A DNA stretch of 64,000 nt from Acidimicrobiia bacterium. Its GTDB lineage: Bacteria > Actinomycetota > Acidimicrobiia > Spongiisociales > ZC4RG35. The notes beneath the pieces were generated by a model. It saw only the letters and a list, made by a program, of their open reading frames with translations. It made no database searches and was not told the DNA's origin. Below, in pieces: positions 1 to 10,546 of this stretch (positions within the stretch are counted from its first letter, which is position 1; every line of letters begins with the position of its first letter). Made by a program: the position numbers and the translations under genes. The stretch spans positions 20,853 to 84,852 of the forward strand of contig JACCTH010000033.1 of NCBI GenBank assembly GCA_013812505.1, written 5' to 3'.

Positions 1-646
1 CCTGAATACGGGCGCCATCGAGCTTCCATTCGATCGAGGTGACCTCAGGAAAGATGTTGGGTAGGGCGGCGCCCGGCGACGCCAGCATCGGCTGGATGGG
101 CGTGAGAACTCGAAGGCCGATCGACTCCAGCCCAACGACGCCTCCGACGGCAGCAACTTCGGCGACCTGCCCGAGATCTCCTCTGAGCATCGACGCCCGT
201 CGCACGACCTCTGGCGGAACCTCGAAGCCAAGCGCAACCGCCTCGGTGAGTACGCCGCCGAGCGCCCCTTGCCGCACCTCGCCGGTGAGGACTTGACGGA
301 GGAACGCTTGCTCGGAGGATGTGGCCCGCTTCATCAGGCCCGTGAGCAGATCGTTGCGTGATTTCTGTGAGCCAGCTCCACCGGCCCGTTGCAACGAAGA
401 GAACGCTGCGTCGACCTCGTCGATGGTGAGCGTGGGGTGCGTGGCAGGCTCAATATCGAGGTTGAAGACTGAGACAAACCCGACGCCCAACCAACGTTGA
501 CGCGGCTGTCCGATCAGCAGCCCGACCGCGGTGGCCACCTCACCGGTCTCGAGTTGACGAAGAAGTTTGGCAAGCAGCGCGGCCTTGGCTTTTCGCGAGC
601 TGGTCTTCGTTACCTCGGCCGAAGTCGATACCAGCTCGTTGAGCAA
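1..646 (-). CDS. ATP-dependent DNA ligase, N-terminal part (gene runs off the left edge of the window)
   Basis: The minus-strand frame is open from ~646 to base 1. It is absent from the ORF track because there is no stop in the window. The translation reads ...LNELVSTSAEVTKTSSRKAKAALLAKLLRQLETGEVA...TPIQPMLASPG...SIEWKLDGARIQ and ends in the KxDGxR adenylation motif of ATP-dependent ligases. TTG at 646 is only a guess for the start. Confidence 0.75.
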   Translation of the reverse strand, partial: MLNELVSTSAEVTKTSSRKAKAALLAKLLRQLETGEVATAVGLLIGQPRQRWLGVGFVSVFNLDIEPATHPTLTIDEVDAAFSSLQRAGGAGSQKSRNDLLTGLMKRATSSEQAFLRQVLTGEVRQGALGGVLTEAVALGFEVPPEVVRRASMLRGDLGQVAEVAAVGGVVGLESIGLRVLTPIQPMLASPGAALPNIFPEVTSIEWKLDGARIQ

Positions 647-657
647 AGTGGGCAGAG

Positions 658-1539
658 CTACGCTCCGCAACCGCTGGCGAGCACCTCGAGCAGACCGATG
701 TCGTCGTCGATGTACTCGTGGACGGATGTTCCGTTGCCCTCGTAGTAATGGCTGTCGAGGACGAGCTCCATCTTCCCGTCCCCGCTGAGATCAGCGATTG
801 CAGACACAAAGTAGGAAACGACGTAGGCATTGTCCGCCACTCCCTGGGAGTAGGCGACGATCAGCGGTTCTACTTCGACATCGAGTCGTTTTCTCATGAT
901 CACCAAGCTGTAAGAGTTGGCGTTGCCGATCAGGCCCTCCGGGAGCCGGTTGAGGACGAGAGCTTCCTCGGTGGAGCCGTCGCCATCGAGGTCGAAGGTG
1001 AGGTACTGCGCGACGTTGGGTTCTGGGTCGGACAGACCACGGTCTTCGATGAAGGTGACACCTTCGGCGATCAGATCCGACGGAGCCTCGCTCGCCGTCT
1101 CGACTGCTCTCGGCGTGAGATTCCAACTCGCGCCGGCAACCGCGATCTCGCCGGGTCCTTCGTGGGTGACAAGCAGCGGCGGATTGAGCTCAATGAGGGG
1201 AGTTCCGGCCGGCTCGCAACTCACTGCCTCGCTACCCACACTCTCGCCAACGATGCCGTCGAGATCGATGACCTGATAGGCCTCGCCTCCTTCGACCGGA
1301 CTCTCAAGGCTGCTCGACACCCAATGGGCCCCATCGAAATAGCCAATGAGCCCCGCTGGGCTGACAATGAAAGGCAACCCCGACGCGGTCAAAACCGTCG
1401 TGATCGTCGCTCCCGATGTCGTGGTCACAGATGATGTGTTGTTGACCTCGCGAGAAGTCGATGGCGTCAGCGTGGTCGGGGTGGTCGCCGCCGGAGGCGC
1501 GCAGGCCACCACGATCAAGAAGCAAAGCCAGCGCCTCAT
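658..1539 (-). CDS. hypothetical secreted lipoprotein with FG-GAP/VCBS-like DxDGDG motifs
   Basis: ORF 658..1539. The N-terminus MRRWLCFLIVVACAPPAATTPTT looks like a lipoprotein signal with Cys, followed by a Thr/Pro linker. Two motifs, DLDGDGSTEE and DLSGDGKMEL, resemble Ca-binding FG-GAP/VCBS repeats. No closer family recognised. Confidence 0.6.
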   Translation of the reverse strand: MRRWLCFLIVVACAPPAATTPTTLTPSTSREVNNTSSVTTTSGATITTVLTASGLPFIVSPAGLIGYFDGAHWVSSSLESPVEGGEAYQVIDLDGIVGESVGSEAVSCEPAGTPLIELNPPLLVTHEGPGEIAVAGASWNLTPRAVETASEAPSDLIAEGVTFIEDRGLSDPEPNVAQYLTFDLDGDGSTEEALVLNRLPEGLIGNANSYSLVIMRKRLDVEVEPLIVAYSQGVADNAYVVSYFVSAIADLSGDGKMELVLDSHYYEGNGTSVHEYIDDDIGLLEVLASGCGA

Positions 1540-1621
1540 TCAAGAAGAATACGTCTGGCGCCCCCTGCCTTTCCCCCAGATGTAGTGTGCGGCGACGGAC
1601 CAATCAGGCGAAGAGGGCAAG

Positions 1622-3726
1622 ATGCGCCGTTGCGTCATGATCTTGGTGGTGATCGGTCTGGCCTTGCTGCCTGGGCCTCACGGTGGCGGGAACAGTGGCC
1701 GCTCCCTTCAGCCCCGGCGCTCCAGGAGCGGGCGATCCCTACTTTCCGCTCGCGGGCAATGGCGGCTATGACACCACTCACTATCGGTTGCAAGTCGCTT
1801 ATGACCCACCGACGGATTATTTGAAAGGGGTTGCGACGATCACTGCGATCGCGACTCAGAATCTTTCGGCGTTAATCTCGACTTTGAAGGTTTGACGATT
1901 CGCTCGGTTAGGGTCAACGGCGTTGCCGCCACCTGGCAACGCAACGGCGGCGAGTTGACCATCACCCCGTCTTCGGGGCTGCGGCAGGGGCGGATTTTCA
2001 CAACGGTGATCAGCTACGAGGGCGTCCCCCAGACTGCCCCCGACGGCTCAGGCTTCATCCACACCGACGACGGCGCCCTGGTGATCGGTCAACCCTTCGT
2101 TGCCGCCACCTGGTATCCGGTCAACGATCACCCTATCGACAAGGCCGCGTACACCATCGAGATCACGATTCCCGACGGAATCCAAGGTGTCTCCAACGGA
2201 ATCCTTGTACGCCAGCGCAGCTCCGCTGGGCTCACGACCTGGATTTGGGATGCACGCGAGCCCATAGCCTCCTACTTGGCGATGATGGCGATGATGGCGA
2301 TCGGCGAATGGAATATCTCCGCCTATGAAGCATCCGGAATCAAGTATTGGGACGCCCTCGACCCCGACATCTTCGACGAACCTGACCCTATTACAGGTGA
2401 GCAGTTCGCCTATTCGCAGGTGGCAGACCTCTCCTACAAACGATTGACCCACATTGTCTCGGTTCCAACCGACGGCGCCAATCTCTCCTTTTACATCGAT
2501 TGGGCCACCGAACCGGACTGGGATTATGTCTTCGTCGAAGCCCACACCGTGGGAAGCGACGATTGGACGACCCTGCCCGACCTCAATGGGAACACCAGCC
2601 AAGACACCGGTTTTTCGTGCACCGATTGGCCAGCGCTCCATCCCTTCCTCGCCCACTATCAAATCGGCTGCGCACCGGTGGGCACGACCGGCGTTTGGTG
2701 GGCTGCGACTGGGACAAGCGACGGCTATGAGCAATGGTCGATCGATCTGTCAACCTATGCGGGAAGCGACGTCGAGGTCGGGATCAGCTACGTCAGCGAC
2801 GGAGTGGTCCAGGGCCCGGCGTTGTGGTCGACGACGTCGCGGTTTCAACCGGGATGGGGACGACCTCCTTTGAGGACGACGGCGACACCTTTGATGGATG
2901 GACTGTTCCAGGACCACCCGAAGGAAGCGCCCCCAACGCCAACGATTGGATCGCGGCCACCGTCGATGATCTCACCTCTCCGGGGGAGGTGGCGTCGAAC
3001 TCGTTTGCCCGCCAGTCGGAGATGATCGGGTTCATGTCCTCTATCTTCGGCCCCTATCCCTTCAGTGCTTCTGGTGGAGTTGTCGACGACATCGACGTCG
3101 GCTTTGCCCTTGAGAATCAGACCCGGCCGATCTACTCGGTGGGCTTCTTCGGTGATCAGCTGGGTGCAGATAGTGTCGTGGTGCACGAGCTCGCCCACCA
3201 GTGGTACGGAGACTCGTTGGCAGTCGCGGCCTGGCAGCACATCTGGCTCAATGAGGGCTTTGCCACCTACGCGGAGTGGTTGTGGAGCGAGCGCGAGGGC
3301 CTGGGCACGGCGGATGAGATTTTCCGGTTCTGGTTCTCGATCCTGCCGCGCAACAATCCTTTCTGGGCCCTCACCATCGGCGATCCCGGACCCGACAACC
3401 TGTTCCACTTTGCCGTTTATATCCGCGGGGCGATGACTCTTCATGTCCTCCGTCACACCATTGGCGACGATGTGTTCTTCGAGCTCTTGAACAAATGGGC
3501 GACCGTGTATGCCGGTGGCAATGTCACGACGGATCAGTTCATTGCCATGGCCGAGAGCTTGTCGGGTCAGGAGTTGGACGACCTATTCCATACTTGGCTT
3601 TTCACTGCGCAAAAGCCCACGCGGACGTTGATCCCAGACGCCGCAGTCAGCCATGGCGACGTTCCGGCAATCGCGCGGGCCGAGATGGAGAGGCATGATC
3701 AAGAGGAGCTCCTCGCAACCGACTGA
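1622..3726 (+). pseudogene. M1-family (aminopeptidase N-like) zinc metallopeptidase, interrupted by at least two frameshifts
   Basis: ORF pieces 1683..1895, 1892..3025 and 2734..3726 lie in three frames but read as one M1 protein. Motifs: GDPYFPLAGNGGYDTTHY, QPFVAATWYPVNDHP, and the zinc site HELAHQWYGD plus WLNEGFATY. The frame changes near 1866-1874 (..QNLSA | VNLDFEGLTIRSV) and near 2811-2820 (GGGCCCGG run; ..SDGVVQGP | GVVVDDVAV). A good signal peptide (MRRCVMILVVIGLALLPG, ATG 1622) sits in yet another frame, hinting at a third indel around 1650-1690. Confidence 0.75.
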
Positions 3727-4489
3727 CGACGCACTGTGGTCGGAGTTCTTGGGTTTCATCCCCGAGGCTCCGAATGCCGCGTCTCCGCTCGAGCTGTTCG
3801 TCGGCTTCGAGGAGCAGATGCGTTCCGAAGGACGAACCGAGGAGGAGGCCGGAGCCGACCGGGCGCGTGTGCTGCGCCTCACCAACGAACGCCAGGACTG
3901 GATCGGCCCCATGTTCGACCGCATTTACGCCTCTGATGCGCCCAATTTCAATCAGGCACCCAACCAGTTTCTGTCCGAGATCGTGGCTTCAGAGCGTCCC
4001 GGCCGGGTGCTCGACATCGCCATGGGTCAAGGGCGGAACTCGGTTTTTCTCGCCACGATTGGCTGGCACGTCACCGGCATCGACGTATCACCCCAAGGCA
4101 TCGCCGTTGCGGAAGCAGGGGCGAACCGGGCCGGAGTGACGATCGACGCTCGTCAGGTCGGGATCGATGAGTTTGAGCTCGGCTCGGCGCAATGGGATCT
4201 GATCGTTCTGACCTATGCGCTGGTCCCGGTCGCCGATGTCGTGTTCGCCAACCGGATCGTCGACTCGCTGGCACCAGGTGGTCTATTGGTAATCGAAAGC
4301 TTTGGCTCGAATCGGGACGCGACCAACCGAAGGCCCGTCGACCTCGATCCCGACGAGTTGCGCGCCGCATATCGAGCATTGGAGACCATTCGATTCGAGG
4401 ACGAAGAAGCACTGCCCGATTGGACCGATCGTTCAGCCCGGGTGGTGCGGATGGCGGCACGGAAACCCTTTAGCTCCGACGGAACGTGA
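3695..4489 (+). CDS. class I SAM-dependent methyltransferase
   Basis: ORF 3653..4489, with in-frame ATG 3695 chosen as start. SAM-binding motif I VLDIAMGQGRNSVFLA, then WDLIVLTYAL and PGGLLVIE. The last 6 codons are antisense to the maf-tail repeat copy. Confidence 0.7.
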   Translation: MIKRSSSQPTDDALWSEFLGFIPEAPNAASPLELFVGFEEQMRSEGRTEEEAGADRARVLRLTNERQDWIGPMFDRIYASDAPNFNQAPNQFLSEIVASERPGRVLDIAMGQGRNSVFLATIGWHVTGIDVSPQGIAVAEAGANRAGVTIDARQVGIDEFELGSAQWDLIVLTYALVPVADVVFANRIVDSLAPGGLLVIESFGSNRDATNRRPVDLDPDELRAAYRALETIRFEDEEALPDWTDRSARVVRMAARKPFSSDGT

Positions 4490-4532
4490 GCAGATCGACG
4501 CCCAGCGCCCGGCAGAGACGGGCCGTCAAGTG
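4471..4532. repeat. direct repeat copy A: orphan copy of the maf 3' end
   Basis: Aligns with 6532-6593; 52 of the first 56 nt are identical by hand alignment. The minus strand still reads TARLCRALGVDLLTFRRS* (TAA at 4470-4472) with no maf body upstream. Confidence 0.85.
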
Positions 4533-5908
4533 TCGAGCCCTAGTGCCCTGGCCAGGTCGGCCAGAGCCGCAAGTGCCTCTGCCTCCGAGGTGCGATCCAA
4601 TTCCGCGACGATCAACTCTGCAGCCTCGTTTAAGGCCTCGACAGCCTCTGAAGGGTCCTCGCCCGCGGCAGCGATGGCCGCGTCGACTTTCTCGGTGATC
4701 TCGGCTCGCTCTTTGGACTTCAGCTCAGGGGGCCTTACCCCCGACATGATCGTTGCCAGGCGCTCGCTAGCCGCTAACACCGGGTCTTTGATCGAAGTCG
4801 ACGGAATGGTCGCGGGATCGATGACCGATGTCGAGGAAGGCTCGGTTTGGGCGTCCGGGGTGCGAGCCACCCACATGGCGGCGGCGGCCACAGCGGCGAC
4901 TAGCAGCAGGATCGGGACCTGCCACCTGCGATTGGTCGGGCCAGTATCGGGCTGCGAAGGCGGAGGATCGGTCGTATGCCTTTTCGGAGGTGTGGTGATT
5001 GGGTCGGAGGTCGTTTCCGGTGCGACTTCAGGCAGAATCGACATGTCGCGCGTCGGTTCGTCGCTCGGGATCTCCTCCGCGGGCGCTGCGAGCGGAGACG
5101 GGGAGTTCGGGGCCGGCATCACGAGAGTGGAGTTTTGCGGTGCGATTGTCCGGGTCGGGGCGCTGGCGCGAAGCTTGGCTGCTAACTCTTGCGCCGTCGG
5201 TCGGTCGGTTGGATTTGGGGCCAGGCCTCCCTGAATCACCGCATTGATATAGGGGTCGGTTAGCTCGGGCGGCTGCACCGACCGGTTGGCCCCCTGATAA
5301 AGCTGCGTACCCGACAGCATCTCGTGGATAAGTGCCGATAGGGAGAAGACGTCGCTGGCAGGGCTTGGCGGATCACCGGCAAGCACCTCGGGAGCTGCAT
5401 ACGAAGGAGTGGCCACGATGGTCCCGGGCAGGGTTAGCTCCCTTGAGGTGTCATCAGGGGACGCAATCCCAAAGTCGGTGAGACGTGGGCCCCGGTCGGA
5501 GAGTATGACGTTGGAGGGCTTGACATCCCGATGCACGATCCCAGCTCGGTGAACGGCGGCGAGGGCATCGGCGAGATCAGCTCCAATGGCCACAGCCTCG
5601 GCAGATCCAATCTCACGACCGGGGTCGGTGAGGGTGGGGCCACTTACAAGCTCCATAACCAAATAAGGGCCGGCCTCGTCCCGACCCGTGTCGAACATGG
5701 TCACCAGATTGGGATGGGACACCCCCGCGGCGGCTCGCGCCTCCCGTGCAATCCGTTCGTGAAGTTTGCTTTCGGCCGGGGTGGGGTGCGGCCGCTTCAG
5801 GGCTACAAACCGGTTGAGGCGCGTGTCCTGAGCGCGCCAAACAGTCGCCATACCTCCCGAGGCGAGTACCTCGAGCAATTCGTAGCGGTCATCGACCAGC
5901 GCGGGCAC
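4526..5908 (-). CDS. transmembrane Hanks-type Ser/Thr protein kinase
   Basis: Hanks kinase motifs: GGMATVWRA...VALK (ATP site), HRDVKPSNVIL (catalytic loop), DFGIA, and SYAAPE. A Pro/Thr-rich linker and one TM helix (WQVPILLLVAAVAAAAMWV) are followed by a ~110-aa helical C-terminal ectodomain. Confidence 0.9.
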   Translation of the reverse strand: MPALVDDRYELLEVLASGGMATVWRAQDTRLNRFVALKRPHPTPAESKLHERIAREARAAAGVSHPNLVTMFDTGRDEAGPYLVMELVSGPTLTDPGREIGSAEAVAIGADLADALAAVHRAGIVHRDVKPSNVILSDRGPRLTDFGIASPDDTSRELTLPGTIVATPSYAAPEVLAGDPPSPASDVFSLSALIHEMLSGTQLYQGANRSVQPPELTDPYINAVIQGGLAPNPTDRPTAQELAAKLRASAPTRTIAPQNSTLVMPAPNSPSPLAAPAEEIPSDEPTRDMSILPEVAPETTSDPITTPPKRHTTDPPPSQPDTGPTNRRWQVPILLLVAAVAAAAMWVARTPDAQTEPSSTSVIDPATIPSTSIKDPVLAASERLATIMSGVRPPELKSKERAEITEKVDAAIAAAGEDPSEAVEALNEAAELIVAELDRTSEAEALAALADLARALGLDT

Positions 5909-5995
5909 CCCTTCAACCTACCCCCGACCCTGGACTTTCATTGAAGTCGGACGACCCAGGCGACTTGGTTGCGGATTCCAAGTGTGATCACATGG

Positions 5996-6027
5996 AACCA
6001 AAAGGCGGGCTCAAAATTCGAGCCGCC
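5996..6027 (-). terminator. candidate intrinsic terminator (minus strand) upstream of the kinase gene
   Basis: The minus strand reads GGCGGCTCGAATTTTGAGCCCGCC. This is an ~8-bp GC stem with one bulge (6004-6027), followed by TTTTGGTT. Confidence 0.5.
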
Positions 6028-6476
6028 GGGTGAGAACCCTATCTACAGAATTCCCCGCAGAACTGGTTGGGGTCGGGGGGGAACTTGAACCCCCACCCCC
6101 TTTCGGGGACCAGGCCCTCAATCTATAGAGACATGTCTCTCGTGATCTCTCAGCAGCCCGCAACGTCCGCTTTGATAGTCGAACTCCGGCGTGCTAATCG
6201 GAGATTTCGCCTGTCGGCCTCGCCTTTTAGTTGACAACGTCTCGCGCCAGTTTACGCGGTTGCTTTGGTGGTCGGGCACCTGAATCCAACTTAAGGGGCG
6301 CTTCGGAAATGAGCTGGGTATAGGGGTTCGCTGACGTTGCGAGAGGCCCTGGCAATCTGACGGTCGTCATTGCCGATCAGATGGGAGGAACCCTGTGGAG
6401 ACTTACCCTGTCCGTGTGTGCGAGCTGCTGGTCGGTTTGCCCGAGGTGAACGCCGGCGTCGACCCGGGTGTTGATG

Positions 6477-6530
6477 TCAGTCGTTGCCTTCGAGGTAGTC
6501 GAGAACTGCGGTGACCTTGGTGAAAGCCAG
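6477..6530 (-). pseudogene. truncated vapB-like antitoxin relic (last 17 codons only)
   Basis: The minus strand reads LAFTKVTAVLDYLEGND* and directly abuts the maf stop codon. 29 of the first 31 nt from the stop are identical to the 3' end of the intact vapB-like gene at 12643 (..NVAEVLDYLESND*). No N-terminal part and no intact PIN ORF lie downstream. Confidence 0.6.
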
Positions 6531-7106
6531 CTAGCTCCGACGGAATGTGAGCAGATCGACGCCGAGCGCCCGACAGAGACGAGCCGTTGTGTGGAGCGGC
6601 AGGCCGATCACATTGGAAGGGCTTCCTTCAACCCGATCCACAAACAGGCCCCCGAGCCCGCCCAATGCGTAGGCGCCGGCCTTATCCATCGGTTCTCCAT
6701 TCGCAACGTACTCGGCAATCTCCTCCTCGGTTAAGGGCAGAAAGCGGACGATCGTCGACTCGACCGCCGAGATGGTCTCCTCTCCCCGACGCACCGCCAC
6801 CCCGGTGAGGACTTCGTGGGACGTGCCCGACAAGCGGGCAAGCATGTGCCGGGCCTCGTCGGGGTGAATTGGCTTCCCAAGCACCCGCCCTTCGCTGACC
6901 ACAGTGGTATCGGCAGCGATGATCACTGCGTCGGAATTGCCGACCGCCGCGGACTTCAATCGAGCGATGCGCTCGACGTAGTCGTAGGGCTCTTCGCCGG
7001 GAAGCCGCAGCTCGTCGACATCGGGCGCCACGGTCTCAAACTCCAAACCCAAGGAGTTGAGTAGCTGTTCGCGTCGAGGTGAGGCGGAGGCGAGGATGAG
7101 CTTCAT
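6531..7106 (-). CDS. maf: Maf-like nucleoside triphosphate pyrophosphatase (septum formation protein Maf)
   Basis: MKLILASASPRREQLLNSLGLEFETVAPDVDE... is the typical Maf N-terminus (SASPRR). ATG 7106 is preferred over the extended ORF start at 7229. Confidence 0.85.
   Translation of the reverse strand: MKLILASASPRREQLLNSLGLEFETVAPDVDELRLPGEEPYDYVERIARLKSAAVGNSDAVIIAADTTVVSEGRVLGKPIHPDEARHMLARLSGTSHEVLTGVAVRRGEETISAVESTIVRFLPLTEEEIAEYVANGEPMDKAGAYALGGLGGLFVDRVEGSPSNVIGLPLHTTARLCRALGVDLLTFRRS
6532..6593. repeat. direct repeat copy B: authentic 3' end of maf
   Basis: Partner of 4471-4532. Encodes ..HTTARLCRALGVDLLTFRRS* of the intact maf gene. Confidence 0.85.
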
Positions 7107-7110
7107 CGAC

Positions 7111-8049
7111 TCATGGGACGAAATTACGCCCGAGGGCTGCGGGCGCTTCCGGCAGGAGCCAGCGCGACACCCGGTGCGAGCGAGCAAGGAGTCGGCGGAG
7201 CCCGGCCGAGTTGACCAGCAGCAGGGCAAAGATCATCAACGGAAAAGGGATCGAGGGCAGAATCTGGGCGAGGCCCGGGATCCGCGATTGCAATCGCAGC
7301 GCCACCACCTGCAGGGCGCCAAACAGGTAGCAGCCAAGCGCGACCCGGAGTGGCTGCCAACCACCGAAGATGACGATCGCGAGCGCGATCCAGCCGAATC
7401 CGGCAGTGTGGCCGTCCGACCACCCGAGCTTTTGATCCAGCGAGAAAGCGGCCCCGCCCACGCCCACCAGGGCACCGCCGACGAGCGCCGCCAAATAGCG
7501 ATAGCGGTTGACGTTGATCCCTCGGGCATGAGCCACCTCAGGCCTTTCCCCGACCGCGCGTAGGGAAAGGCCTGGCCGGCTTCGAGCGAGGAACCAGCCG
7601 GCGGCTGCCACCAGCAAAAGCGAGCCGTAAACCGAGAGGTTCTGACCGAACAACGCCCGACCCACCACAGGAATGTCGGCCAACACCGGGATCGGCCGCG
7701 GAGTAACCGAAGGTCCCGGCTGATGGACGAAGCCTTCACCCTGATAAGAGGCGACGGCGGCGGCGAGAAGTGTCAAGACGAAGCCGACTGCGACTTGGTT
7801 GAGACGCAGGCTGATCCCCGACCAGGCAACAAGTAATGCGACCAGCGCCGAAACTCCGGCGGCGGCGGCGAATCCCAGGCCGACCCGCCCGGTGGTGAAC
7901 GCGACTGCGAATCCGGTCATCGCGGATAACAGGATCGAGCCGTCGAGAGAAAGGTTGACGATCCCCGCCCGCTCGGTGATCGCTTCGCCGACCGCGGCGT
8001 AGACCAGGGGGGCGGCGGCGGCGATGATCGAAGCAAAAGTCGCGTCCAT
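7111..8049 (-). CDS. ABC transporter permease (BMP/nucleoside-type, YufQ-like)
   Basis: Polytopic membrane protein beginning MDATFASIIAAAAPLVYAAVGEAITERAGIVNLSLDGS. Last gene of the SBP-ATPase-permease-permease operon. Confidence 0.8.
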   Translation of the reverse strand: MDATFASIIAAAAPLVYAAVGEAITERAGIVNLSLDGSILLSAMTGFAVAFTTGRVGLGFAAAAGVSALVALLVAWSGISLRLNQVAVGFVLTLLAAAVASYQGEGFVHQPGPSVTPRPIPVLADIPVVGRALFGQNLSVYGSLLLVAAAGWFLARSRPGLSLRAVGERPEVAHARGINVNRYRYLAALVGGALVGVGGAAFSLDQKLGWSDGHTAGFGWIALAIVIFGGWQPLRVALGCYLFGALQVVALRLQSRIPGLAQILPSIPFPLMIFALLLVNSAGLRRLLARSHRVSRWLLPEAPAALGRNFVP

Positions 8050-9091
8050 CAGACGGTCGCTTCAGCGCTGGCGGCTAGTCGCTTAACTAAGACGCGTCGC
8101 GCCTGCCAGCCTGCATACAGCACCGCGGCCAAGACGAGGACGCCTTGGATGACGGCTCCGAGCGAAGAGTCGAGGTCAAGCCGCAGTTGCAGTTGGGACG
8201 AACCGACCGAGATGGCCGCGAAGAAGAGTGCGATCGGCGCCACAAATGCCACCCGATTGCGGGCCAGCAGCACCACCAGCACCGCCAGAAATCCTCGCCC
8301 ACCCGCAATCGCCGGAACCAGCTTGTGCTGTAGGCCGGCGACGAGGAGCCCGCCGGCGAGTCCGGCCAACCCTCCACCCCACAAGAACGCCCAATAGAGG
8401 GTGGCGTTGGCAGGGACTCCGAGCAGCCGTGCGCTTGCCGGGTTTGATCCCACCGCTCGCAACCGCAAGCCAAACCGAGTGCGCCCGAGCATGAATCCCA
8501 CGCCGACAAGAGCGATCACCAACAACGTCAACCCCACCCACGACAGACGGGTATCGCCAATGGTCGGAAGCCACGTTTCCTCCCGGAAGGGCTCGGTCCC
8601 TGACGTCGAGGCAACTCCGGCTCGCTTCCAGGGGCCAATCACGAGATAGGTAGCGAATGATTGGGCGACAAAACCGAGCCCTATCCCACCAAAAATCTCA
8701 TTGACCCGACCCTTCACGCGCAAGATGCCGGCCAACCAACCCCAGAGCGCACCTCCGAGGACACCGGCCAACAGCAACAAGGGGATCACGATGGCCGGTC
8801 CGCCCGGCGCCGAGCGTGAAACCGCAGAAGCGGCGATCGCTCCAGCGATGATCTGGCCTTCAACTCCGATGTTCCAGAGCCCGGCGCGAAAGGTCACCAC
8901 CAACCCGGCGGCGGCCATCCCAAGGGGAATCCATGCGGTCAGAGTGTCGGCGATTCGGGTGGTGTCGCCGAACGCGCCTTCGCCAATGAGACCTAGTGCT
9001 TCGAGCGGCGGTGCCCCGGCGACGATCAACAACAGCGCCGTGATTCCCAACGCCACAGCCAGAGGAACCAGAAAAGACGCGATCCTCCTGG

Positions 9092-9095
<4 letters not shown>
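8049..9095 (-). CDS. ABC transporter permease (BMP/nucleoside-type, YufP-like)
   Basis: Polytopic membrane protein. It overlaps its neighbours by 1 and 4 bp, so it is operonic. Confidence 0.8.

Positions 9096-10546
<1,451 letters not shown>

Noticed and set aside
1585-1824. ORF 1585..1824 (+), a possible small gene upstream of the M1 peptidase.
   Set aside because: Its translation is Arg/Gly-rich and overlaps the peptidase N-terminus. The peptidase signal peptide and mature N-terminus occupy the other two frames of the same interval.
6061-6112. A tRNA- or tmRNA-like 3' end on the minus strand (GGGGGTTCAAGTTCCCCC followed by ..CCGACCCCAACCA).
   Set aside because: The T-loop closing pair and the spacing to CCA are non-canonical. 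I could not find a complementary 5' acceptor strand, D-arm or anticodon arm upstream. At most it is a tRNA-derived fragment or simple G/C hairpins. A tRNAscan/ARAGORN run would settle it.
4471-6593. Calling the kinase segment an intact integrative or mobile element.
   Set aside because: There is no integrase, transposase or excisionase, and no terminal inverted repeats. Only the flanking direct repeats and a TA relic are present, so I report it as a finding and not as a mobile_element feature.
4302-6734. Shared peptide (APTEREQIDAQRPAETGRQV / APTECEQIDAERPTETSRCV) in plus-strand ORFs 4302..5234 and 6468..6734, suggesting a duplicated small gene.
   Set aside because: Both are antisense read-throughs of the duplicated maf 3' end. 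The similarity is explained by the direct repeat, not by a plus-strand coding sequence.
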